Origin: Tubulanus polymorphus
Lineage: Eukaryota > Animalia > Nemertea
DNA length: 64,000 nucleotides
Assembly: GCF_964204645.1 (NCBI RefSeq)
Contig: NC_134034.1
Span: 7,886,962-7,950,961, forward strand
Reading direction: 5' to 3'
The first letter of the stretch is position 1. Each line of letters starts with the position of its first letter. Positions 13,035 to 24,170 of this stretch are shown here, piece after piece. A program made the translations under genes and the position numbers. The notes below the pieces were generated by a model, which was not told where the DNA came from, did not search any database, and saw only the letters and a list, made by a program, of their open reading frames with translations.

Positions 13035-13097
13035 CTGGGATTCGAACCCTCAACCTCTCAGTTGTGATTCGAACACCTTATCCACCCTGCCACAGGA
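13035..13097 (-). other. tRNA-derived (SINE-head-like) fragment
   Basis: Minus strand has A box TGGCAGGGTGG and B box GGTTCGAATCC; poor anticodon stem and no complete acceptor stem. Confidence 0.55.
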
Positions 13098-13269
13098 CAG
13101 AACGCGTCTTTTACCGTTAGTGGGAGTACGCGACACGGCGAGTGGCCATTGCTACTTTCATCCGGTGTTATCTTACAGTAAGTAATTTTAAGTTTAAAAT
13201 AGGATGGAGAGTGCATAGATAGAATCAACGCGGAGAGAATGAGGGTTATATTATTATTCTACATTTCGA

Positions 13270-13432
13270 TTAGAAGCTGTTAGTTGTCGAATCTGATAGA
13301 TGAATTTTATGTGCTGAAAAAAGTGGAAAATATGTAAACAATAATAATAATAAACAGAATTACAAGAGGATTTTCGACGAAAGTCAGAAAACCCTAAATA
13401 TAGCTGCAAAGCAGCGATAACGGGTTTTCTGC
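13270..13432 (+). mobile_element. Junction of two non-autonomous Helentron/DINE-like elements (3' end of one at ~13397, 5' end of the next at ~13399)
   Basis: AATAATAA..AGAATTACAA..GATTTTCGACGAAAGTCAGAAAACCCTAA followed by TATAGCTGCAAAGCAGCGATAACGGGTTTTCTGC; both motifs recur as the ends of 39007-39874. Confidence 0.55.
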
Positions 13433-13456
13433 TGTCTTAGAATCCTGTTCAACGGT

Positions 13457-13668
13457 GGATTTCGACAAAGCATTTGATAAGACACAACATCAGCCATTAC
13501 TAAACAGGCTATTAGGAAACAGTATCAATGATAGGTCGCCCAAATGGCTCAGCAGTTATCTCTGAACGAAAACTTGTAGCCGAAATCAACGGAATCTTGG
13601 AATAAGTCGGTCTAACTAGTGGAGTCACGCAAAGTAGTATCCTAAGTCGTCTTCTGTTTAATGTCCTG
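13457..13668 (+). pseudogene. Decayed CR1/L2-type reverse transcriptase fragment
   Basis: Translates to VDFDKAFDK...KWLSSYL...TSGVTQSSILSRLLFNV (DFxKAFD and GVPQGS-like motifs) with stop/frameshift. Confidence 0.7.
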
Positions 13669-14297
13669 ACGTACACAGTAGGCTAATCCAAAATATACCA
13701 GACCGAGTAAATTTCCAAAACGACCTTAACACGCCGTTCGACCAAAAAACTTAATGTTCCGACAAGAAAATCTTGTTCAAATGAAAACAATTCTGTTTGA
13801 TCGAACAATACACTTTTTGTTTGAACCAAAACTTTTCTTCATTCTGACAAAAATGTGTTCGAATAAAAAGCTATGTTTTTGTTGAAATGAAGAACCTTTT
13901 ATCCCGGCAAAGAAATTTGGTTGAGCGAAAACAACTTTTTTGGAACGAATGTTTGAATGAAAACAATTCTGTTCGATTGAACGAAATACTTAATACTTTT
14001 GGTTCGAAGAAAAAACTTTTTACAATATACTTGTTCGAACGAAAAACTTAATGTTTTTGACAAGAAAATTCTGTTCAAATTAAAACGATTCTGTTCGATC
14101 GAATGATTGTTCGTACGGAAAACCTTTCGTTTGGACAAAAAAAAGTTCAACTTTGTTCTAACGATTTTTTCAAATTGGTTCAATCGAACAGAATATTAAT
14201 CATTCGAACAAAATAAATTTCGTTCCGACGAAAGGATTTTCAAGCGAAAGGTGTTATGAACGAAAAAAGATATTTCTGGGGCTCCGCAGTAACTTAA

Positions 14298-14623
14298 AGC
14301 CGGACGTAGGTAGGCCTTGCGACACGATGCGATCCTCGCGTTGCATCGCAAGTTTCGCTGCAAGTCGGTTGCGATACGATTGTCAGCGACTGTGTGCGAC
14401 TAGTTTCTGCCAGTCGCAAGACCGCGTAGGTCGGTTGTGACAGCCGTGTCGCGTCGCAGAAAGTAGAACACGTGTGACTTCTTGTGACTGGCGTTGCTGA
14501 CAGTCGCAACCCGTCGCAAGGGAGCGTAGGTCGATGAGTCGTTGCGACACAATCGTCGGTCGGTCGCAGTGAATGGCGTCGCAGTGAGTCACAAGCCGTC
14601 GCAAAGCCGACCTACGCCCGGCT
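14298..14623. mobile_element. PIF/Harbinger-type MITE
   Basis: TIRs AGCCGGACGTAGGTAGGCCTTGCGAC / GTCGCAAAGCCGACCTACGCCCGGCT with TAA on both sides; internal GTCGCA/TGCGAC repeats. Confidence 0.8.
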
Positions 14624-15013
14624 TAAGTCATTAGCAATTAATGAAATACCTGTTCCATTTATGATGAAGAACTTAAATGAAAAGTCTGGCTTATAAAGCT
14701 GTCTGCTCGGACGATATTTTCAAAAAAAACTCTTCATTTTTTCCAATAAAATTGATAATTGTGATTGATCGTTGCAAATCAGAACCAGTTAATCACTAAT
14801 TAACATGCATTTTGATAAATCTGATTCTCCTTCACAGTGAACTTAGCTTTAACCTAGTAGAGGCTACTAGCCTATGTAGGCCTATGTATATGCGTAGGCC
14901 TAACATCCGGACATAATGGTCGTAGGCCTATTGAATAACAACCCTCCTAAATATCGTAAATTTTGTTTTGAAGTTCAATCCAATGAGTCCGTTATTAAAC
15001 GCAACAATTATAC

Positions 15014-18000
15014 TGTGTTTGTTTGAGACAGTAAAGGTCAGTTAAGGTCGCGTAAAACTCGATAAAATCTTCAAGCGACACAGCGAACGATCTCCTTTCC
15101 TCCACAGCGAACGCTTACTCCGAATGTCAAGTGTGAGTCCAGCATACGGATAGGAGTGTGTTATATACTTGTTGTTCCGTCGTTGGCGGTCCGTGTTTTA
15201 GTGTAGACAGTTATGGAGAATATATTCTGAAACCGTACTCTAATAGTTGGCTCCGTTTTTGAAGTTCTACTGGATATTTCTCTCTAATATTATATTCCTG
15301 CGATTGATGAGATGAAACATATGGTCCCTCGGAGGCGGATGATGTAAAGATTTGATGTTTGGATGACTACAGATGACCAAAATTTGATGTTTAAGCGAAA
15401 ACACGTGAGTCGACGTCGTGTTAATTTCTGATGAAACGAAAAATTGATAAAAATCTAACTATTGATGCAGAATTGACTTGAATACGAATTAATACTGTCG
15501 AAAAATTGTGTGCTTGTAGTATTAATCTTAAAAAGTCAGTTTCGAGAAAAATAAAGCAGGGTGCTGATGAAAATTTGATGGATTGCTAATTACCGAAAGA
15601 AGACGATCGAGATTGGAATATACCGACCAGAAAGATACAAAATTTCGTAATTGACCATGAATGCTGAACAGAGAAGAGATTTTGAACTTAGAAAACGAAA
15701 AAGGACACCACTCAAAGCAAAAATCACAAGAGTGAAGTCCAAAATTGATGAAAAATTGTTAGATCAGAAGAAATTAGATGAGAAGGAATTACAAAAATGC
15801 AGATGGGCATTAGGGGAATTAGCTGATGCATTTAAAGCAATCTCAGAATTAGATACTGAGACATCTGAAATTATTCTGGAGATCGATGAAGTGGAGTACA
15901 ACAAATTTGTGTTAGAATCTGATGAATATTTAGAAGAATTGTCCCTCTTTATATTCAACCTTAAACAGATTTTAGAACAGCGAGAAAAAAGGCCGGCAGG
16001 TATTGACAAGAGCCAGGACAAGACAAGAAGACCACATCGACAAGTAGAATCGACCTCAGATGAAGAAAGCGACGAGAAACGTCATTCCGATACTTCAACG
16101 GAATCAGAAGATGATAAACCACAACGTAATGTTTTTCAGGGTTTGAAAAAACCAGAATTATCAACATTCGATCGTCAAAAGGAATACTACCATGACTGGC
16201 GAAACCAATTTGATGTTTTTGTAGGGAACACAAAGCTACCCTCAAAAACGAAGATGATGATGTTAAAAAACTGTTTAAAGGGGAAAGCATTGAAAATCAT
16301 TGGTAACCTTGGTTACACAAAAACAGAATATGAAGCAGCCTTGAAGAAATTGGAGCTGAAATTCGGTGGTGAAAAACGTCTCATTAGACAGCACTTAGAT
16401 AGATTAATGGAAACAAGCTCAATTACAGAAGGGAATAATAAGGCATTGGAAATATTTTCAGATAGACTATGTGACATGGTCACCAAATTATCCTTGAAAG
16501 GGAGTGGAGGAGAGTTCGAAACTGACAGTGCCTTATATATTCAAGTTCAAAAGAAAGTACCAGAAAAAATGTTGGTAGACTTTCATCGTCATGTTAAGAG
16601 TTCTGGAAAATCGGATGACCTCCAGGAATTTTCGAATTGGCTGGCAGAAGAGGTAGCATATTTACTTGAAGCTGAAGAAACAAAAGGGTCTAGTACTAGA
16701 ATTCCCAGAGAAAAAAAGACGGTCTTTCAGTACTGGTCTTATGAGAAAACAAGGTTGTTACATATGCGGAAAGAACCACAAGTTGACGGAATGTGATAAC
16801 TGGACGAAAATGGCTGTAGGTGATCGATGGGAACGTGCAAAAATGTATAGTATGTGTTTTAAATGTCTAAATAAAGGACATAGAAGTTGTCAGTGTAGAG
16901 AAACCAGATTCTCTGGATGCAGAATTGAAGGTTGTCAGGATAATAAGCGACGCCATACACACCTTCATCACCCTAAGGAATCTAAACATAATGCAAATGA
17001 AGAGCTGAACCCTCAGGAGGTGAACCCTCATGCAACACATCAAAGAGGTAGATGTCCTCCGGGGCGAGTAGCTTTGAGAATAGTGCCGGTTAGATTGGTT
17101 GGCGCTCGAGATCAAGAAATAATCATCAACGCCTTCCTGGATGACGGATCTGACTCATGCTATATATCTGATGATGTAGCAATTGCTATGGAGTTGGAAC
17201 GGGAGTCAGAACGCCATATAACAATGAATACTCTGGCTGGTGCGAGTGAATTGAAAAGTCGAAAAGTCAGTGTGAAACTGAAAAGTTTGGATGGGAAGGT
17301 TGATGTACTGCTTCAACCATGGGTGATGGACTCTATGTGTAAGGGTATCAAACCAATTGATTGGAGGCGACACGAGGCTGATTGGGGACATTTGAAGGAT
17401 ATTGAGTTTCCAAAACTACCGTCTACTGAAGTAGACATGTTGATAGGTGCAGATCAACCGGAATTGATGGCGGCCATTGAATAACGTCGTGGTGATGTAG
17501 GGGGTCCAGTGGCCCGGAAAACCCCACTGGGCTGGACAGTGATTGGAAAAGTTTCAAATGGATTTAGTGAAAACCAGAGTTTTACGACAACTCATGCGTA
17601 TAGAACTGAAGTTAGGTCCTTCGATATAAGAACTGATGATTGCTTGAGAAAGATCTGGGATCAGGATCTAGATTGCGGAAACCTCCATTAAAAAAGTCGG
17701 AGATAGATATGAAGTCCAAATTCCCTGGAAAGAGGAGAAGAGGTATTTACCGAATAATTTTGAAGATGCTAGTAAACGCCTGATGATGCTGGAAAAACGG
17801 TTTTTCAAAGACGAGGAGATTGCTCGACGATACAGAGATGTGTTTATGGCGAACGTAGAGAAAGGTTATTTGCAGAAAGTGTCAGATGTTGACTTAGAGA
17901 AAAATAGTAGCTGGTTTCGACCACACTTTCCAGTCGTTCGTGAAGATAAGACAACAACAAAAGTTCGCATTGTACATGATTCTGCTGCCAAAACTGGAAA

Positions 18001-18682
18001 TATGAGTTTGAATGATGTTATGATGAATGGCCCTAATCTACAGAATAACATAGTAGAAATATTGATTATGTTCCGAACAAAACCGGTGGCATTGGTAGGG
18101 GATATTAAGGAGATGTTTTCTCAGGTCCAAATGTTTGAAGATGATCGAAGGTACCATCGATTGTTATGGCGTGATGATACACACTCGCCAGTTGAAACTT
18201 ATGAAGCAACTAGATTGATGTTTGGGGACAAGGCTTCGCCATTTCTGGCACAGTTTGTTTTGAGACATCATGTAAACTGCAGTGAAGAAAACCCAAGAGT
18301 GTCTGAAGTTATTCACAAGCAAACCTATATGGACGATTTAATTACATCAGTGGAGAATGTTGTGGATGCGACCACTCTAAGAAGCGAGTTATCATCTGTA
18401 TTATCTGCTGCAGGATTTGATGTAAGACGATGGTGTAGTAATGTTATGGCTGTTTTAGATGGCTTACCTCTTGGAGATATTGAGGATTGCTTGAAGATAG
18501 TTGACAAAGACAATGCAAATATGGAGACTTTGGCTGTACGATGGTTTGCAGTGGGAGATTACTTGACGTACTCAACTCCGGCTAGTTGCGGTAGGCGTGG
18601 AGTCCCGACAAAGCGTAGTCTGTTGAGTTGTATTGCCACACTCTTTGATCCACTGCAGTATTTGGCACCAGTTGTTATACCC
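15014..18682 (+). mobile_element. BEL/Pao LTR retrotransposon, 3'-truncated (LTR end 15319, PBS 15322, gag-pro-RT 15651-18682)
   Basis: PBS TGGTCCCTCGGAGGCGGAT after ...AAACA; DUF1759-like gag; CYICGKNHKLTEC/CFKCLNKGHRSCQC knuckles; protease LDDGSD; RT KVRIVHDSAA, GDIKEMF, YMDD; LFDPL. LTR start is a guess. Confidence 0.9.
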
Positions 18683-19278
18683 ATCAGCATCTAGGACGTC
18701 TTCTTCAAGCGTCAAGACTGCAACCAGTTCATCATTCAAAACATCGATCTGATTCACTGTAGCGTCAATCTCCAACAGGACGCACTTCAGCTCCTCGGGT
18801 CTAGCGCTTATCTCGATCAAATCATCGGCTTTTTGACACTGGCGAGTCAGAACGCCCTTTCTTGCACCACGGGTTCGACGGAGTTTCTTCAGCTGGGCTT
18901 CTATTTCGTTTGTCGACATCTATCTGGCTCGAGGGACCAAAAATGTGGAATACGCGACCACCAGTGAAACTGACAACGACGACGACGACAGAAAACTAGA
19001 TGTCCAGCTGGAGAGAGATCTTTATTTGACTGCCCAGTACAAATTCTACACAGGTTTATATACAGGCAAAAATCATGAAGTATTAAAATAGCTTTTATCA
19101 AAATAGTGCCGGTTTAGGGTTTTTAACAATATAATATACTAGGTAACCGATCAATTTAGAGAGGACTGTATGGTAGGTTTTAGCCAAATGCTATGAATTA
19201 GAGTTCAACAATTGGATTAAATAAACACAATAAGATCAGAAGTTACAACCGAGGAATATTCAATAAATGTCTCTAACA
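18677..19278 (-). mobile_element. 5' end of a second BEL/Pao element: LTR 19278-18944, PBS 18939-18922, gag start 18919
   Basis: Minus strand reads TGTTAGAG...CA with TATA and AATAAA, then TGGTCCCTCGAGCCAGAT and gag MSTNEIEAQLKKLRRTRGARKGVLTR. The LTR edge interrupts the E2 ORF exactly at 19279. Confidence 0.85.
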
Positions 19279-20602
19279 GATGCAGTAATTCCGGGTAAAG
19301 CTGCAGCAGATTTTTTAAAAAGTTCCCATAGATATTTTGCTAATTTCTTTAAACCATCCTTTATCTTGTATAGAATTATTATTATTCGGTGGTTTATCCG
19401 GTTTATTAGGTTTTGGTGTAGATTTTAATGAATTTGATATTGCTAAACCTATTGTTGTGAATACCATAGTTACAGCTGTTAAAATTGAAAGAATTGTTAT
19501 ACCTTCTAGTTTAAATAATAATCTTATTCTATCTTTCAATGATTTTTTAGAATCTGGTTTTATTATTAAATCTTTAAAAATAACTTTTAATCTATTAATA
19601 TTATAATCATATGATTTTATAATAATTTAATTTCTTCTTTCTGTAATTCTATGTTTTATTCTAAATCATCTTTTTCTTTTTCTAAATATGCATTTCTTTT
19701 TTTTAATTTAATTTCTTCAATACCTTTATTATCTATATCTAATTTTAATTGTTCTATTTCTTTAATTTTATCAGTTCTATCTTTTTCTAAAGTTCTAATT
19801 TTAAAATCTCTTATACTTTTATCATGCGCAAATTTATCAGCTTCATTTCTAATACTAATAATTTCTCTAATTGCTTTATCAGAAAATATGTTTAAATCGT
19901 CTAATTGTTGATCTGTTGCATCAAGTAACCCATTTGGTAAAAGTTTTTCAATTTTAACTTTATTTGATTTAAGTTTACCAGTTTTGGAAGTTATATTCTG
20001 TTCAGAAGTTGTTTCTGTTTCGAAATTATTATTGATTATTTCAAATTATTCATTAATTCTTTGTTTAAATACTCTTTTATTTTGATTTATTTCTTCTTGT
20101 GTAACATTTTCTATTTCATAACTATTACTTATTCTTTTTATTCTAGATGGTTCTAAATTACTCAAAGTTGATTCTGCTAATATTTTATTTGATTTTTATA
20201 AGAGATATCAATATGATAATCATGTTTCAAATGATAGTAATATTCATCATCTAAAGATTTTAATTCTCTAACTAAATACCTAGCACCTCTATCATTGATA
20301 TTATATCCAGATCTTTCAAATATAGGTTTGAAATTATAAATTTATTCATTATATTCTAAATTTTGTTTTATTAAATCTGGATTTTCATTTTCGGGATTTA
20401 TTCTCGATTTAGTTCTTCTATCAAACTCGTCTGTTGAAGGGGCTTTAGAACCACTATCTGCTAAATTAGAATTATATGCTGATCGACCATCACTATCAAT
20501 TTTAGTTTCATTAATATCAGGTTGTGGTTCATCAGGTATAAATCCTTCATTATTATTTCCCATTTCTCCCACTTCATAAGCTTCTCCACCTTCTACATCC
20601 AT
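19279..20602 (-). pseudogene. Long acidic/coiled-coil protein with C-terminal hydrophobic helices (E2)
   Basis: Fragments MDVEGGEAYEV..., LKDRIRLLFKLEGITILSILTAVTMVFTTIGLAISNSL, KKSAAALPGITAS; frameshifted and cut by the BEL LTR. Confidence 0.65.
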
Positions 20603-20618
20603 TTATATCATATAAAAA

Positions 20619-21932
20619 TTAAAATTTAAAATATAATATTCCTCCAATTACAATTCCTGTACAAGATATAGCTAATTTAGTATTTTCATGAGATTTATTA
20701 TCATTATAAGTTTTAATTATATCATGTTGAATAATATCAGTTTTCATATTTTCTGATGAATTGTAATATTTTATTTTAGAATCATTGATTAATTTGATAT
20801 TCTTTTTTTTTAGTTTCAGTTGATTGAATATGTTTTTTAATTTTTTCACCTTCCATTAATTTTGGAGCAGTAATAATCTTTTTATTTATATCATTTAATC
20901 CAAACTTATTATATATTGTTGCAGTTTTAATTAGATTATTATAACCAATTATATTTCCCATCTTTAATATTAAATCATCAGAAATAATTAATAAATTAGG
21001 TCCTATACAATAATTTAATCTTACATGTGATTTATCTAAATAATTTTGATATCTTATAATGTTTTCTGGAATTGATCTATTTTCATCATTATGAATGAAA
21101 TCTTCACTTTAAATTGTTTTTGTGTATCAAATGATGTATTTAAATTTCTAATTATTGGGGATCTTGTTTCAACTTGCGCACCTAGAATACATATCAAATA
21201 AGTTCTAATTTTCGGATTGATTTATTATTTGTATACCAGCTTTAGTAAATCCTTCACTATTTTCGAAAATAAAATAAACCCAACCATTATTATTTTCTTG
21301 TTTTAAATTATCATAGAATTTCGGTAATTTATTGAAATTTAATGTTTCTAAATCCTTAGTTTCTATTTTACCATAACCTAATTTATTATTATAGATATTA
21401 AAAAAAGTATCAGATGGTATGGGAAGTGCACAATATTCTGCAATCTTTTTAGGGCAAGGAGGTGATCTTATTGTTCCAAGTTTTGTTCTAAAATCAGAAT
21501 GGGTCTCTTATTCATTTAATAAAGGGGTCTCTTATTCATTTAATATCAATCTTATTTGAAAATAAGTATGAAATCTAAATAAACTTTGAATCAATTTATA
21601 TTTTAAATTATTCAAATGATCATTCCAACTAATTCCACATCCTGTTGTTGCACAAAAATCAGCAAAATTTAATTGGTTCTGCCATTACTTCATATTAGAT
21701 TTTAATAAACATTGTTTTTCATCTTTCGATTTTCTAAAATTAATTAAATATACATGAAATATATTTTTCATCTTTGCATTAAAATTATCAGTTTCAGCAA
21801 AATAAATATCTAAATTAATTAATGAATTCAAAACAAAATTTCTATATGTGATATTTTTATTAAAATCTATTGCTGGAATATTATATTAATTGATTTATTA
21901 TATTGAAAAGCTTTTGGAAAACTATCTACCAT
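20619..21932 (-). pseudogene. Unknown ~430-aa protein with C-terminal TM (E2), candidate structural protein
   Basis: Fragments WQNQLNFADFCATTGCGISWNDHL, FRFHTYFQIRLIL, ILGAQVETRSPII, LNYCIGPNLLIISDDLILKMG, terminal LAISCTGIVIGGILYFKF. ATG at 21932 in TATAAATG; several stops/frameshifts. Confidence 0.6.
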
Positions 21933-21948
21933 TTATATGATAAAAAAA

Positions 21949-22382
21949 TTAATAATTTATTAATACTTTTAATAATTTATCTTGTTCTTCAACTGTTATA
22001 TTACCATTTAAACTCATTATATAATCTAATGTATTTTTTAGTTTATTGGTTTCTTTTAAATTAGATTTTATTTTTTCTTTATAACTTTTTATATTTAATT
22101 TTGAACTTATTCCGGTTAATACACTTGATGATAATCCTAGCACGCCAATTGATATAGCTAAAGGTGTTAATTGACTGAATATTGCTAGAAATGTTATTAC
22201 GGAACTAATTGTAACTGAACTACAAATAATAAAATAATATATAATTTTACTTTTTAAATATTTTTTCTTTTTTATCTTTAAGTCACTTTCAAATTCTAAT
22301 ATTTGTATTTCCAAATATAATTTTAATTTAGTTTTATTTATATCATGAGGAATAATATCAATATTATCATTTTATCAACCAT
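21949..22382 (-). pseudogene. Two-TM membrane protein (E2), frameshifted near the N-terminus
   Basis: IIYYFIICSSVTISSVITFLAIF and PLAISIGVLGLSSSVLTGIS then coiled coil; ATG at 22382 in TAAATAAATG. Confidence 0.6.
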
Positions 22383-22401
22383 TTATTTAGAAAAGAAATT
22401 A

Positions 22402-22824
22402 CTAATTAGTAAATCTATATGCTACAAATATAACAATAACTGTTCCACCTAAAATCCAAATTATTTCATATTTCTTCTGTTCACTACTTGGTGTATAATA
22501 ATCTGATAATTTAGGTTTATATACATGTAATTTTTCTTTATTTGTTACTGCGTTATATAAACTCATAGCTTCATCGACTGATTGAAAATCTCTATGTGCA
22601 ATTATCTGATTATATAATTCTTTATTGATGTAATCCATATAGTTTTGCCTCTTTCATCCATATTCTTCTGCAGCTTTATTATATTTCTCTAATGCTAAGT
22701 TATGTATTCTTTGTTCTCCTAATGAACTATTTTTATCAATATGCTTAAACAAATATCCACCACCAGTAAATGCCAAAGCGTTAACAATTGCCGATCCTAT
22801 AATAGTTATAATTGCAGATTCCAT
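22402..22824 (-). pseudogene. ~140-aa protein with N- and C-terminal hydrophobic segments (E2), one in-frame stop
   Basis: MESAIITIIGSAIVNALAFTGGGYLF...G*KRQNYMDYINKEL...LSDYYTPS...IIWILGGTVIVIFVAY, in frame with ORF 22402..22638. Confidence 0.65.
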
Positions 22825-22848
22825 TTATTAAGTAAAAAAATTACGCAT

Positions 22849-23070
22849 TTATATAGGAGGAATATATTTCTGTTTTTTTATATAATCAATAGTTAAATTA
22901 GATAAAGTAACTGCTAACGTTAATTTTAAAATATCATTGTTATCAAATCTATCAACATTAACACTTCCCATTCTAAATACTTTTTTTAATACCATTGAAT
23001 AACTAACAGTTCCAACTGAAAGTAAGGCACCATTATATAATCCAGTTATTATCCACTTATTATCACTCAT
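22849..23070 (-). CDS. Small hydrophobic protein (73 aa, E2)
   Basis: Intact ORF with two hydrophobic stretches; starts at TAAATAAATG; short gaps to neighbours. Confidence 0.6.
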   Translation of the reverse strand: MSDNKWIITGLYNGALLSVGTVSYSMVLKKVFRMGSVNVDRFDNNDILKLTLAVTLSNLTIDYIKKQKYIPPI

Positions 23071-23438
23071 TTATTTACCAAAATAATACCTATCTTCAAA
23101 AATTTAGTTAACTTAGTTATAATTATTTCAACATTTATTTCATTACTACTTTTATGATTATCATATATTTTAGATAATATGTTTTTAATATCATCGATTA
23201 TTCCATCTTCATTCAATTCATAATATTCTAAAGGCGTTTTCATTAAATCAATTACTTTTTCTATATTATAATTTTCTTGAAATTTCTTCTTATAATCATT
23301 AATGCATTTTAAATGATTTACTTTTAATATCAGTAATTACATCATTTAGTTTAATTCTCATTTCTTTACCACGTTTAAAATCAAACCCAAAACATATACT
23401 CGGTCCTCCTGTTATATTCATATTTATATAGTGAAAAA

Positions 23439-23802
23439 TTACTCTTTACATCTTATAACTAATTCATAAATTACAGGAAAGTTATTCAAATCAATTAAAT
23501 ATCCATTATGATTTCTAATTTCTAATTTAAAATTATTAAATTTTGTAATGCATGTTTTGAAATCACATTCTGTTAAATTATAATGTATTTGCATTCCAAA
23601 TTCTTTAACATTCTTCAATGGTAAAATATTTAATACACTAGAATTACAAGTTGTATCTTTAGTTGCTTCGACACAATTTACAATTCACACAATCTACACA
23701 ATTCTTAAATTCCCTATCTAATTGTACTAGTAAATTATGTGATTTATAATTTATCAGTCTTCTTGAATCAACAAATATTCTGTATTCTTTTAATTCTACC
23801 AT
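23439..23802 (-). pseudogene. Minor capsid (penton-like, single jelly-roll) protein fragment (E2)
   Basis: C-terminal SSVLNILPL...FGMQIHY...FNNFKLEIRNHNGYLIDLNNFPVIYELVI resembles the Polinton/virophage penton C-terminal pattern; N-half frameshifted. Confidence 0.6.
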
Positions 23803-23816
23803 TTATTTTACATATT

Positions 23817-24170
23817 TTATTCGAAATCTATTTCATGGTGCCCTTTTTCATTCTTACCTTTATATATGAAATAGAAATCTCCAGAACATAATTCTTCTAA
23901 ATCTTCACTTGATAATCTATGAAATCTATCCGGTAAATATGTTCTGAATTTATATTTATTTCCTTTTAATCCTTCATATTCTAAGTGGATAACTAATTTA
24001 TCTCCATATTTGTTAGTAACTGTATCAATATTAGTAATTAAATATTTTTTATGAATTGTTAGTTCATTTAACTTCTTAAATTTATAATCTACAGATTTAG
24101 CATTTGTGATATCTTTTATTCTATCTAGAAATGATTTGTTGTTCTCACTTTGTGCTTGTTTACTCTCCAT
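23817..24170 (-). CDS. 117-aa protein next to PolB, possible OB-fold ssDNA-binding protein (E2)
   Basis: Intact. KYLITNIDTVTNKYGDKLVIHLE...FRTYLPDRF looks beta-rich; the function is inference. Confidence 0.5.
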   Translation of the reverse strand: MESKQAQSENNKSFLDRIKDITNAKSVDYKFKKLNELTIHKKYLITNIDTVTNKYGDKLVIHLEYEGLKGNKYKFRTYLPDRFHRLSSEDLEELCSGDFYFIYKGKNEKGHHEIDFE

